NCBI GenBank assembly: GCA_036340075.1
Contig: JAYYZJ010000004.1
Coordinates: 1 to 64,000, forward strand
Reading direction: 5' to 3'
Origin: Thermodesulfobacteriota bacterium
Lineage (GTDB): Bacteria; Desulfobacterota_D; UBA1144
Length of the DNA stretch: 64,000 nucleotides
Shown: in pieces, positions 1 through 9,794 of the stretch
Layout: every line of letters starts with the position of its first letter
Numbering within the stretch: the first letter of the stretch is position 1
Translations under genes and position numbers: made by a program
Notes under the pieces: model-generated
Databases searched by the model: none
What the model was told of the DNA's origin: nothing
Seen by the model: the letters and a program-made list of their open reading frames with translations, nothing else

Positions 1-403
1 CTTCACGCGGCATCGCTGGGTCAGACTTTCGTCCATTGCCCAATATTCCTCACTGCTGCCTCCCGTAGGAGTCAGGGCCGTATCTCAGTCCCCATGTGGC
101 AGATCATCCGCTAAGACCTGCTACGCGTCATAGGCTTGGTAAGCTTTTACCTTACCAACAACCTGATGCGACTTGGACTCATCTTTAGGCGAAAAACATT
201 TTACCACTTTCACCATAGTGAATGTGGTCATATCCAGTATTAGTCTCAGTTTCCTGAGGTTATCCTGGTCCTAAAGGCAGATTATCCAAGCATTACTCAC
301 CCGTTCGCCGCTCAGTAACAGATAAATCTGTTCTTCGCTCGACTTGCATGTGTTAGGCGTGCCGCCAACGTTCACTCTGAGCCAGGATCAAACTCTTCAA
401 AAA
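1..403 (-). rRNA. rrs: 16S rRNA, 5' part (runs off window start)
   Basis: Reverse complement contains AGAGTTTGATCCTGGCTCAG (27F site, 377-396) and ACTCCTACGGGAGGCAGCAG (338F site); 5' end approximate. Confidence 0.98.
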
Positions 404-498
404 AAAAGATTGTTTATTATATTATTATTGGCTCAAAAACTCACACGTATCTTCTACCAAATTTTCAAAAAACGTCCACTTACTTAGTGGAGCTATTA

Positions 499-526
499 AA
501 TTTAATCTAAAGTATCTAATTGTCAA
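499..526 (-). promoter_or_regulatory. Sigma70-type promoter for 16S rRNA
   Basis: TTGACA (521-526), 16 bp spacer, TAAATT (499-504) on minus strand, about 95 nt upstream of 16S. Confidence 0.7.
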
Positions 527-580
527 GAAATCGAAAATATAATTTTTATAATACAAAAAATAAGATATATAATAGTTAAA

Positions 581-1384
581 ATGGCTAAAATTATAGCAGT
601 TGTAAATCAGAAAGGTGGCGTAGGAAAGACAACAACTGTTATCAATCTGGCTGCTGGACTAACTCATCTAAACCAAAGGGTCCTTATTGTTGATTTAGAC
701 CCACAAGGAAATTCTACAAGTGGTCTTGGGATAGACAAATCCACTTTAAAGAAGTCTATCTATAATATATTGGTAGAAAATGAGACTTTTGACGAAATAA
801 TTCAATCAGTAAGTTTAGGTCAAGACATGTCTCTATATATATGCCCTTCTAACTCTGAACTTTCAGGTGCTGATATTGAGCTATATAATATAGAGGATAG
901 AGAATGGGTCTTAAAAAAAGCTTTCGAAAAATTAAATCTAAACAACTTTGAATACATTATTATAGATTGTCCCCCTTCATTAAGTCTTTTAACAGTTAAC
1001 GCATTTGCTGCATCCAACTCTTTGCTAATTCCAGTTCAATGTGAGTTTTATGCTATGGAAGGTCTTGCTCAACTTCAAAAGACTTTGGATTTGATTATAG
1101 AAAGAATTAATCCATCTCTTGAAATAGAAGGCCTTTTGCTGACAATGTTTGATTCTAGAAACAATATATGTAAAACCGTTGCAGATGAAGTTAAAGCTTT
1201 CTTTAAGGAAAAAGTTTTAAATACGCTCATACCTAAAAATGTTAGACTAGCTGAGTGTCCAAGTTTTGGAAAATCAATTTTTGATTATGATTCAAATTGT
1301 GCAGGAGCTACAAGTTATTTAAATTTATCAAAAGAAATCCTTATGCAAAATGGAGGCTTAAAAGATGAAGAAGTCTCTTGGTAA
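581..1384 (+). CDS. parA: ParA/Soj chromosome partitioning ATPase
   Basis: NQKGGVGKTT deviant Walker A, DLDPQGN, IIDCPPSL, VRLAECPSFG. Confidence 0.96.
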   Translation: MAKIIAVVNQKGGVGKTTTVINLAAGLTHLNQRVLIVDLDPQGNSTSGLGIDKSTLKKSIYNILVENETFDEIIQSVSLGQDMSLYICPSNSELSGADIELYNIEDREWVLKKAFEKLNLNNFEYIIIDCPPSLSLLTVNAFAASNSLLIPVQCEFYAMEGLAQLQKTLDLIIERINPSLEIEGLLLTMFDSRNNICKTVADEVKAFFKEKVLNTLIPKNVRLAECPSFGKSIFDYDSNCAGATSYLNLSKEILMQNGGLKDEEVSW

Positions 1385-2213
1385 GGGTCTAGACTCTTTA
1401 ATAAGATCAAGCAGTTCTAAAGTTACACAAACTGATAGTAATAGAAATAAAAACAATCTTGTATTTATCTCAGATGTAGAACCTAATAAAAATCAACCAA
1501 GAAAAGACTTTGATTCTTTACTGATAAACGATTTAGCGGAATCAATCAAGAGCAATGGCTTACTTCAACCAATCATAGTAAGGGAAATTCCAAATAATAA
1601 ATACGAAATAATAGCAGGAGAAAGACGATGGAGAGCAAGTCAAATTGCCGGACTAACAAAAGTTCCTGTCGTTGTTACCGATGCAACAGATAAAAAATCT
1701 TTCGAATTATCAATTATTGAAAACCTTCAAAGAGAAGATTTAAATTCAATTGAAGAAGCATTAGCACTTAAAGAATTACTAGACAAATATAGTTTGACTA
1801 ACGAGGAAATATTAAAAATTACAGGTAAAAGAAGGTCCTCTAATGCTAACACTATAAGATTATTAGAATTACCTATAGAAGTACAAAGAATGATAATAGA
1901 AAACAAATTGTCTAGGGGGCACGGTATTGCATTATTAAGTTTGTCTAACAAGGACAGTATTTTAAAAGTTGCCGAATTCGTTGCAAAGAAAGGACTAAGT
2001 GTTAGACAAACGGAAAATCTTACTAAATCAGAAAAAGGAAAAGTTAGCAAAAGTAATCAAGAGAAAGATATTTATATAAAAGAATTAATTAAGAGAATAG
2101 AGGATAAAATAGGACTTAAGGTTAAAATAACTGGTAGCTCTAAATCTGGTAAAATAGAAATTAAATATAGGACTTTAGATGAATTAAACAAAATAATAAG
2201 CTCTCTAAAATAA
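1365..2213 (+). CDS. parB: ParB/Spo0J partitioning protein
   Basis: LGKGLDSLI N-terminus, NQPRKDF, IIAGERRWRA, IENLQREDL; follows parA. Confidence 0.96.
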   Translation: MKKSLGKGLDSLIRSSSSKVTQTDSNRNKNNLVFISDVEPNKNQPRKDFDSLLINDLAESIKSNGLLQPIIVREIPNNKYEIIAGERRWRASQIAGLTKVPVVVTDATDKKSFELSIIENLQREDLNSIEEALALKELLDKYSLTNEEILKITGKRRSSNANTIRLLELPIEVQRMIIENKLSRGHGIALLSLSNKDSILKVAEFVAKKGLSVRQTENLTKSEKGKVSKSNQEKDIYIKELIKRIEDKIGLKVKITGSSKSGKIEIKYRTLDELNKIISSLK

Positions 2214-2214
2214 A

Positions 2215-2475
2215 ATGAAAAATTTTAAAGTAACAATAGAAATTATGCCACTTGAAAGTGTTCTAGATCCACAAGGAGAAGCCATAGAGCTAATAGTTAA
2301 GAACAAAAATGAATACAAAGCTAATAATTTTAGGGTTGGTAAGAAAATTCAATTCTCAATTTCATCTAATAGTAAATCTGAATGCGAAAAACAAGTAAAT
2401 AAATTATGCAAAGAATTCTTAGTAAACGAAATTATAGAACATTATGAGATTAGTATAAGAAATGAAAAAGATTAA
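2215..2475 (+). CDS. purS: FGAM synthase subunit PurS
   Basis: VLDPQG and LVNEIIEHY motifs; 86 aa; precedes purQ. Confidence 0.92.
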   Translation: MKNFKVTIEIMPLESVLDPQGEAIELIVKNKNEYKANNFRVGKKIQFSISSNSKSECEKQVNKLCKEFLVNEIIEHYEISIRNEKD

Positions 2476-3160
2476 TTTTGGGATTATACAGTTTCCTGGA
2501 TCCAATTGTGAGCAAGACTGCTTTCATGTTATTTCAAATGTTATAAAACAGAATTGTAGATACATTTGGCATGATTCAAAAAGTTTGCGTGGTATCGATT
2601 GTGTCATAGTACCAGGAGGATTCTCTTATGGTGACTATTTAAGGACCGGCGCAATAGCTGCTCAAAGTAAAATCAGCTATGAAATAAAAGAATTTGCAAA
2701 AAGAGGTGGTACTGTTATCGGCATATGTAATGGCTTTCAAATTTTAACTGAACTTAAATTGTTACCAGGTGTATTACTTAGGAATAAATCATTAAATTTT
2801 GTTTGTAAGGATACCTATATCAAGATTGAGAATAGTTCAACCAGATTTACACAGCTCTACAATCAAGACGCTGTAATCAAGATTCCAATAGCCCATGCTG
2901 AAGGAAACTACTATTTAACTAAAAAAGAGCTTTCAACTATAAGGAAAAGAAATCAAATAATCTTCTCATACTGTGATGAGTTTGGTATCTCCTCTGAAAC
3001 AGCTAATCCTAATGGTTCGATATTAAATATAGCAGGCTTATCAAATGAAGAAGGTAATGTATTAGGGTTAATGCCTCATCCAGAAAGAGTTTCCGAAAAA
3101 ATTCTGGGTAGCACTGATGGAATCAACTTATTTAAATCCATAGTAAATTTTTTAAATTAA
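2462..3160 (+). CDS. purQ: FGAM synthase glutaminase subunit PurQ
   Basis: FPGSNC, PGGFSYGDYLRTGA, GICNGFQIL, GLMPHPER. Confidence 0.96.
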   Translation: MKKINFGIIQFPGSNCEQDCFHVISNVIKQNCRYIWHDSKSLRGIDCVIVPGGFSYGDYLRTGAIAAQSKISYEIKEFAKRGGTVIGICNGFQILTELKLLPGVLLRNKSLNFVCKDTYIKIENSSTRFTQLYNQDAVIKIPIAHAEGNYYLTKKELSTIRKRNQIIFSYCDEFGISSETANPNGSILNIAGLSNEEGNVLGLMPHPERVSEKILGSTDGINLFKSIVNFLN

Positions 3161-3205
3161 TCATAAGAATTAATTAGATTTTATTATTTATGTTAAATTA
3201 TATTT

Positions 3206-3445
3206 ATGTCTGATAATAATAAAGCTGATTTCTTTTTGGATATAAGTTCTGACTTTTGCCCAATGACTTTTGTAAAAACCAAGTTGCAGCTTAATAAGAT
3301 GTCTAGCGGAGAAATATTGGAAGTCAAATTATCTGAAGGAGAACCATTAGAGTCCGTTCCGGAGAATATTGAAAACGAAGGACATAAAGTTCTTTCTATA
3401 AAAGAAAATGGAAAGGACTCTAGAGTATTTATCAAAAAAGCCTAA
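3206..3445 (+). CDS. tusA: TusA/SirA-family sulfur carrier
   Basis: 79 aa, LD..CPMTFVKTKL..M..GEILEV pattern. Confidence 0.85.
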   Translation: MSDNNKADFFLDISSDFCPMTFVKTKLQLNKMSSGEILEVKLSEGEPLESVPENIENEGHKVLSIKENGKDSRVFIKKA

Positions 3446-3446
3446 A

Positions 3447-4370
3447 ATGGGAGAATCAGTAAAAGACTTATCTAAAATTAACTCGGTAATTGATTTAATA
3501 GGAAGCACTCCTTTAATTAAACTTAACAGTTTTCCCGAAATCGATTCTGAAAATGAAATATTTGTAAAAGCTGAATGGTTCAATCCTGGTGGATCAATAA
3601 AAGATAGAGCAGCTTTAAAGATGATTCTTGAAGGCATAAATAAAAATGAATTAAATTCAAAAAAAACTATAATGGATTCATCTTCAGGGAATACTGCAAT
3701 TGCATATGCAATGATTGGTGCTGCTCTTGGATACAAAGTCGAACTAGTAACCCCTGAAAATATTAATATTGAAAGAAAAAAAACGCTAGAAGCTTATGGT
3801 GCAAAGATTATTTATTCAAGTCCATTTGAAGGATCCGATGGTGCAATTCTTGAAGCAAGAAAATTAGCAGAAAAGTTCTCTGATAAATATTTTATGCCTG
3901 ATCAATACAATAACCCTTCTAATCCATTAGCTCATTACGAAACTACTGGTCCTGAAATATGGGAACAAACTAAAGGAAAGATAACTCATTTTGTTTGTGG
4001 AATTGGAACAAGTGGGACTATGATGGGAGCGGGTGAGTTTTTAAAAAATAAGAATCCTAAGATAAAGCTTATTGGGGTTCAACCTGACAATTCTCTTCAT
4101 GGCTTAGAAGGATTGAAACATATACCTACCTCAATAAGGCCAGGAATATACAATGAAAATAAAATAGATAAAACGTTCTGGGCAAATACTGAAAAATCAT
4201 ACGAAGTGATGGAAAGACTAGTTAATCTAGAAGGCATGTTCGTTGGGCATTCAGGTGGTGCTGTAGTACTGTCAGCTTTAGAAGAATTAAAACAAAGCCA
4301 AAATTCTTTAATTGTTTGTGTAATTCCTGATGGCGGATACAGATATTTAAGTGGAGGAGTTTGGTGGTAA
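3447..4370 (+). CDS. PLP-dependent cysteine synthase family protein (CysM-like)
   Basis: IGSTPL, KAEWFNPGGSIKDR (PLP lysine), SSGNT, GIGTSGT; start moved to ATG 3447 just after the tusA stop. Confidence 0.9.
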   Translation: MGESVKDLSKINSVIDLIGSTPLIKLNSFPEIDSENEIFVKAEWFNPGGSIKDRAALKMILEGINKNELNSKKTIMDSSSGNTAIAYAMIGAALGYKVELVTPENINIERKKTLEAYGAKIIYSSPFEGSDGAILEARKLAEKFSDKYFMPDQYNNPSNPLAHYETTGPEIWEQTKGKITHFVCGIGTSGTMMGAGEFLKNKNPKIKLIGVQPDNSLHGLEGLKHIPTSIRPGIYNENKIDKTFWANTEKSYEVMERLVNLEGMFVGHSGGAVVLSALEELKQSQNSLIVCVIPDGGYRYLSGGVWW

Positions 4371-4783
4371 AAATATCCAGTGATACTAATAAAAAGATTA
4401 TCAATATATGCGAACAAGGTTTTCCGAATGAAGTATGTGGGGTTTTGATAGGAACAATGAATGGCAATGATTTCGATATATTAGATTTTTTTCCTTGTAA
4501 GAATTTAAACAAAGAGAGAGCCGTTGACAGATACGAATTAGACCCAAAAGATTATATAAATGCAGATAAGGAAGCAAGGGAAAAAGGCTTAGATATAGTA
4601 GGAATATATCATTCACATCCGAATCATCCTGCAATCGCTTCAGACACTGATAAATATTTCGCCCAAGAGCGCTATATATATTTGATTTATTCCATCTATG
4701 AAAGCAAATATAAAGATTTGATAGGATGGGTATTTAATGAAAAAGAAGATGAAATGAATGAAGTATCTATAGAAGTATTATGA
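4364..4783 (+). CDS. JAB/Mov34 (M67) metallopeptidase, Mec-like
   Basis: NEVCG and YHSHP..A..S..D JAMM motif; GGAGGA RBS before GTG 4364. Confidence 0.9.
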   Translation: MVKISSDTNKKIINICEQGFPNEVCGVLIGTMNGNDFDILDFFPCKNLNKERAVDRYELDPKDYINADKEAREKGLDIVGIYHSHPNHPAIASDTDKYFAQERYIYLIYSIYESKYKDLIGWVFNEKEDEMNEVSIEVL

Positions 4784-5502
4784 AAAATCAAAAAAGAATT
4801 GTAATGATTACTGGTGGAGCTAAAAGGATAGGAAGAGAGATCGCTCTTGGACTATCAAAAGAAAAATATACCTTTATAATTCATTTCAATAAATCCAGGA
4901 AAGAAGCCGATAATCTTGTAAGGGAAATAAAAAATAATGGCGGAGATGCAAGGTCGATAAAATTTGATTTTTCAAATACTAAATCCATAGAAAAATTCTG
5001 TAAATCATCTGAAATGCTCTTTGGAAGAGTTGATATACTGATTAATAATGCGTCCATATTCAAAAGTCAAAATTTTTATAAAATAAAAGAAAAAGATTTT
5101 GATAGTATGATGAGAATAAACCTAAAAGCTCCATTCCTACTTTCGAAATTCTTATCCAAGAATATGATGAAGAGAAAATATGGGAAGATTATCAATATCA
5201 CTGACTCAATAGGAACAAGCAAAACTTGGAAAGACTTTTCTTCTTATTGTATATCAAAAGGTGGACTTGAAACTATGACAAAATCTTTATCGTTGGAGCT
5301 AGGTCCTTATATCCAAGTTAATTCGATAGCACCTGGCAGAATATTAAAACCAATTACTGGTTCAAAAAAGAATCTTTATAGAAAAATTTCTGCTTCAAAA
5401 ATACCCTTACAGTCTTTAATTAATTCTATTGAATTCTTAATCAATAGTGATTTTATCACAGGGGAATCTATTCATATTGATGGAGGAGAGAGGCTCACTT
5501 AA
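4780..5502 (+). CDS. SDR family oxidoreductase, pteridine reductase/FolM-like
   Basis: TGGAKRIG, NNASIF, YCISK, VNSIAPG. Confidence 0.8.
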   Translation: MKNQKRIVMITGGAKRIGREIALGLSKEKYTFIIHFNKSRKEADNLVREIKNNGGDARSIKFDFSNTKSIEKFCKSSEMLFGRVDILINNASIFKSQNFYKIKEKDFDSMMRINLKAPFLLSKFLSKNMMKRKYGKIINITDSIGTSKTWKDFSSYCISKGGLETMTKSLSLELGPYIQVNSIAPGRILKPITGSKKNLYRKISASKIPLQSLINSIEFLINSDFITGESIHIDGGERLT

Positions 5503-6541
5503 GCTTATTATTTGCTCCTACAATCTCTGATAAATTTTCAACTCCCTCTTTTTTCATAAGTGAAACAATTTCTGAATTAATCTTTTTTATCAATCCTGGT
5601 CCTTCGTAGACGAAAGATGTGTATAACTGAACAAGATTTGCTCCTAATTTAATTTTTTTATAAGCGTCCTCTCCTGAGAAAATACCGCCCACCCCAATAA
5701 TTGATATTTCTCCTTTTGTGACTCCATAAGCAAAAGATATTTTTTCGTTTGATAATCCAAATAAAGGTTTTCCTGAAAGCCCTCCATTATTTGGGTATGA
5801 TTTAGATTCTAATTTGAGATCTCGGCTCTTCGTAGTATTCGTTAGAACTATTCCATTTAAACCATATTCTATTATTGATTCAATAATTAATCCTAATTGT
5901 TTATTCTCTATGTCTGGAGAAACTTTTAGAAAAATAGGCTTCTTTGACAATCTATTTAATTTAATTTCTTTTAATAGTTCGTCTAATTCTTCATTTTCAA
6001 AATTTCTTAGATTTGGAGTATTAGGAGATGAGACATTAATAGTTACATAATCAGATTGACCTTGGACTTTCTTTAAGCTTTCAACATAATCATTGATTCT
6101 GTCTTTTGAATCTTTATTGGGTCCTATATTTATTCCCAACTTCTGGATACTCTTCGGATTAAGATTATTTGCTATATTTATACATATCTTGTCAATTCCA
6201 ATATTATTAAATCCAAGACTATTTATTAAAGATTTGTCTTGTTCTAATCTGAATATTCTTGGTTTGGGGTTACCTTCCTGAGCGATTGGAGTTCCAGTCC
6301 CAACTTCAACAAAGCCGAAACCTATTTTGAATAATTGATCGAATACCTCTGCATTCTTGTCAAAACCTGCAGCCATGCCAATTGGTGAAGGGAAGCTTAA
6401 ATCACCTACTGAAACCTCTAAATCAGCATGTGGTGAACTGCTATAAATATTAAGGAAACCGAACCTAATTAGTTGAATAGCTATATTGTGAGCAAGTTCT
6501 GGCTCAAGGCTCCATAATAAAGGTCTTAGGTGGGCATACAT
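5495..6541 (-). CDS. pyrD: Quinone-dependent dihydroorotate dehydrogenase
   Basis: AAGFDKN, GNPKPRIFRL, NVSSPNTP, GGLSG, VQLYT. Confidence 0.95.
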   Translation of the reverse strand: MYAHLRPLLWSLEPELAHNIAIQLIRFGFLNIYSSSPHADLEVSVGDLSFPSPIGMAAGFDKNAEVFDQLFKIGFGFVEVGTGTPIAQEGNPKPRIFRLEQDKSLINSLGFNNIGIDKICINIANNLNPKSIQKLGINIGPNKDSKDRINDYVESLKKVQGQSDYVTINVSSPNTPNLRNFENEELDELLKEIKLNRLSKKPIFLKVSPDIENKQLGLIIESIIEYGLNGIVLTNTTKSRDLKLESKSYPNNGGLSGKPLFGLSNEKISFAYGVTKGEISIIGVGGIFSGEDAYKKIKLGANLVQLYTSFVYEGPGLIKKINSEIVSLMKKEGVENLSEIVGANNKLK

Positions 6542-6590
6542 ATAAACTAATTCTATTTTAACTCTTAAAGCTATTAATTAAAATAAAAAT

Positions 6591-6619
6591 TTGACTTATT
6601 TTTTTACGTTCGCTATTTT
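6591..6619 (+). promoter_or_regulatory. Putative sigma70 promoter for ftsK
   Basis: TTGACT-17 bp-TATTTT. Confidence 0.5.
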
Positions 6620-6634
6620 CATAAAAGAACGTTA

Positions 6635-8755
6635 ATGTTTAATTTTAAGAGCAAAACAACTAACTCCATAATGAGCATTCTTAGATATTCGCTTAGTATC
6701 ATCGGGATATTATTCTTTTTGTTGCTAACAATTGGCGGGATAATCAATTTTTTAGAAATTCAAAATAATTCTTACTACATAGGAAAGTATGGAAGCATAG
6801 TCTCAGGGGAATATTATTTTCTGTTTGGTTTATGTGGTCTGATAATTTCTATCTTTGTTGTTTTATTTTTATCTAAATCGTTTAAGAATAAAAAAGAGTC
6901 AAATTTTTGGAAGGACTTGTTTTTTGTTGTTTTAATTGCACTATCCGTTGGAGGATTATTAAAAATAGGAAAGATTCTATTTGATTTTAGTCAATTTGAA
7001 TTCATTGGATATGTGCCTAGTAAAATTACAGAATTTTTAGTAGCTAAAATAACTGGAACTTTAGGAACATCTGTATTTTATATATTTATACTTTTGCTTT
7101 CTATTTATCAGTTGAATGACAAAGTGCTTAAGAATATATCTTTGAATCTTTGGAATTCTATTTTAAGTGCCTTTTCAATTAATAAAACAAAAAAAACAGA
7201 AAAGGATTCAGAAGAAAATCAAATAAAAATCAATACAAGCAATAATGATGAAACAAAGAATATAGCTGAAGAGAAAAATGAACAGGCTTATCCTGAGAAG
7301 GAAATTAAAACAAATCAGAACTCTGAAAAAAGGAAATCCCAATATGGAAAATTTTTATTACCTTCGTTAGATTTATTAGATAATCCTACAATAGAACCTG
7401 TGCCATATGACAAAGAACAAGCTTTAGAAAAAGCAAAACTAATTGAAGAGAAACTTCTTAACTTTGGTATTGAAGGAAATATTACTGAAGTTAAACCTGG
7501 ACCCGTCATAACTTTGTATGAATATAAGCCTGCACCGGGTACGAAAATAAATAAAATTGCATCGCTATCTAATGATTTAGCCATGGCTCTAAAAGCTACT
7601 AGGGTTAGAATAATTGCTCCAATTCCTGGAAAAGACGTTGTAGGAATTGAGGTACCTAATGAAATTAGAGAAACTGTTTATCTTAAAGAACTATTATCAA
7701 AAAAACAGTTTCAGAAAATGAATAGCCCTATTTACCTATCCCTTGGTAAAGATATTTCTGGTGCCCCCTTCTTTGCTGATTTAAGGAAAGCTCCTCATTT
7801 GATGGTTGCTGGAACAACAGGATCAGGTAAAAGTGTTTTTCTTCACAGCATAATAACAAGCATGTTATACAAAGCAACTCCCCAGGATTTAAGATTCATA
7901 ATGATAGATCCAAAAATGTTAGAGCTTTCAGGATACGAAGATATCCCTCATTTGCTACATCCGGTTGTTACTAACCCCAAGAAAGCTGCTGCTGCTTTAA
8001 AATGGGCTGTAAAAGAAATGGAGACAAGATACAAACTATTGTCAGATATCGGAGTCAGAGATATTGATTCTTATAACGAAAAAATAAAAAAAATCAAAGA
8101 TTATGATTCTTCATCAGACAATTTACCATTCATCGTTATAATAATTGATGAACTTGCCGATTTAATGTTTGTTGCTCCTAATGAAATTAAAGAATCAATA
8201 ACTAGATTATCTCAAATGGCAAGAGCTGCTGGTATACATTTGGTAGTTGCGAGTCAAAGGCCATCAGCAGATGTTGTTGCAGGATTAATAAAGGCAAATT
8301 TCCCCGCAAGGATTTCATTTGCAGTATCATCAAAAACTGATTCAAGAATCATTCTAGATTCTTCCGGAGCAGAAGAACTTCTTGGAAAAGGCGACATGTT
8401 GTTATTGGAGCCTCCTAATAATTTAATGAGAATACAGGGTTCAATGATTTCAGATAAAGAAAGAGAAAATATTTCAAATTTTTTAAGATCTCAGGGTTCC
8501 CCTGATTACAATAACGATATTACAAAAATTGATGAAGAAGAAATAGAACAAGGTACTTTTTCTTATGAAAAAGATGAACTTTATGATCAGGCGCTTGATA
8601 TTGTTAAACAAACAAAACAGGCGTCAATATCAATGATTCAAAGAAGATTAAAGATTGGTTACAATAGAGCTGCAAATATAATAGAAATGATGGAAAGAGA
8701 AGGTATAGTAGGAGAACAAGAATCTGCGGGGAAACCAAGAAAGGTTTACTTGTAG
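6635..8755 (+). CDS. ftsK: DNA translocase FtsK
   Basis: N-terminal TM helices, PHLMVAGTTGSGKS, IDELADLM, C-terminal gamma domain SISMIQRRLKIGYNRAA. Confidence 0.96.
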   Translation: MFNFKSKTTNSIMSILRYSLSIIGILFFLLLTIGGIINFLEIQNNSYYIGKYGSIVSGEYYFLFGLCGLIISIFVVLFLSKSFKNKKESNFWKDLFFVVLIALSVGGLLKIGKILFDFSQFEFIGYVPSKITEFLVAKITGTLGTSVFYIFILLLSIYQLNDKVLKNISLNLWNSILSAFSINKTKKTEKDSEENQIKINTSNNDETKNIAEEKNEQAYPEKEIKTNQNSEKRKSQYGKFLLPSLDLLDNPTIEPVPYDKEQALEKAKLIEEKLLNFGIEGNITEVKPGPVITLYEYKPAPGTKINKIASLSNDLAMALKATRVRIIAPIPGKDVVGIEVPNEIRETVYLKELLSKKQFQKMNSPIYLSLGKDISGAPFFADLRKAPHLMVAGTTGSGKSVFLHSIITSMLYKATPQDLRFIMIDPKMLELSGYEDIPHLLHPVVTNPKKAAAALKWAVKEMETRYKLLSDIGVRDIDSYNEKIKKIKDYDSSSDNLPFIVIIIDELADLMFVAPNEIKESITRLSQMARAAGIHLVVASQRPSADVVAGLIKANFPARISFAVSSKTDSRIILDSSGAEELLGKGDMLLLEPPNNLMRIQGSMISDKERENISNFLRSQGSPDYNNDITKIDEEEIEQGTFSYEKDELYDQALDIVKQTKQASISMIQRRLKIGYNRAANIIEMMEREGIVGEQESAGKPRKVYL

Positions 8756-9786
8756 CGAGACGACTCCTTATACATTTTAATAGCAAGTAGCAAAGACTGC
8801 TCCATACTACTTGTTGAAGCTTTCTTTCTCCATGCGATATCATAAGCAGTTCCATGGTCTGGGGACGTTCTTATAAACGGCAAATTAAGAGTCACATTCA
8901 CTCCTGTATCAAAAGACAACATCTTGAATGGAATAAGTGCCTGATCGTGATATGGGCATAAAATAATATCGTATTTTTTTCTATTTGTATGCAGAAATAA
9001 TGTGTCTGAAGGGAACGGGCCTTCAACAGATATCTTTTTTTTTCGTGCCAGCGCAACAGCTGGAAAAGTTATTTTGAGGTCGTCGTCTCCTAGATTCCCA
9101 TCTTCTGAAGCGTGGGGGTTGATTGCCGCTAAAGCAATTTTAGGTTTTTTAATACCAAAATACTTTTTTAATGATTTATCTAGCACTGCAAGGTGATGTA
9201 GCAAAAGAGTTGTATGCAATTCTTTAACTACTTTCTTTAAAGGTATATGGGCTGTACAGACAGCTACGTTGATATCTTTAGAAAAAAATGACATTAAAAC
9301 ATTGTCAACTTTAAAATGTTTTTGTAACAAATCTGTATGTCCTTTAAATTTAGATCCTGCCTTGGCAATTGCAGTTTTGCTAATTGGAGCTGTAATAAGA
9401 CAATGTGCAGCTCTTCTTTTAATGAGATCGATACCAGAGTCTATATAATCAAGCGAAGCTTTTCCTGATAGGACAGATGGTTTACCAGGTGTTATTTTTA
9501 CTTTATTCGATCTCTTATGTATTGAAATACTTTCATCTAATCTAATTTTAAGTGCATCTAAAACTTGGGTATCAGCAATCAAAATAGGATGACATAAAGC
9601 TAAGATTTCTTTTTTATTTATAGCTTTTACAGCAACCTCAGGACCAATACCATTAAAGTCACCTATTGTAATTGCGATTCTTGGTTTAGACCGAGCTTTG
9701 ATTTTTTCTCGGAACAACTCGTCCTTTTTGCGGGAATGCTTCAATGATAAGAAAAAATCATAATGATTTAATTTAGTGCTAAACAT
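8746..9786 (-). CDS. pdxA: 4-hydroxythreonine-4-phosphate dehydrogenase
   Basis: GDFNGIGPE, GHT, NPHA, YHDQ, IRTSPDHGTAYDIA; real start may be TTG at 9717. Confidence 0.92.
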   Translation of the reverse strand: MFSTKLNHYDFFLSLKHSRKKDELFREKIKARSKPRIAITIGDFNGIGPEVAVKAINKKEILALCHPILIADTQVLDALKIRLDESISIHKRSNKVKITPGKPSVLSGKASLDYIDSGIDLIKRRAAHCLITAPISKTAIAKAGSKFKGHTDLLQKHFKVDNVLMSFFSKDINVAVCTAHIPLKKVVKELHTTLLLHHLAVLDKSLKKYFGIKKPKIALAAINPHASEDGNLGDDDLKITFPAVALARKKKISVEGPFPSDTLFLHTNRKKYDIILCPYHDQALIPFKMLSFDTGVNVTLNLPFIRTSPDHGTAYDIAWRKKASTSSMEQSLLLAIKMYKESSRYK

Positions 9787-9794
9787 AAGGCGTA

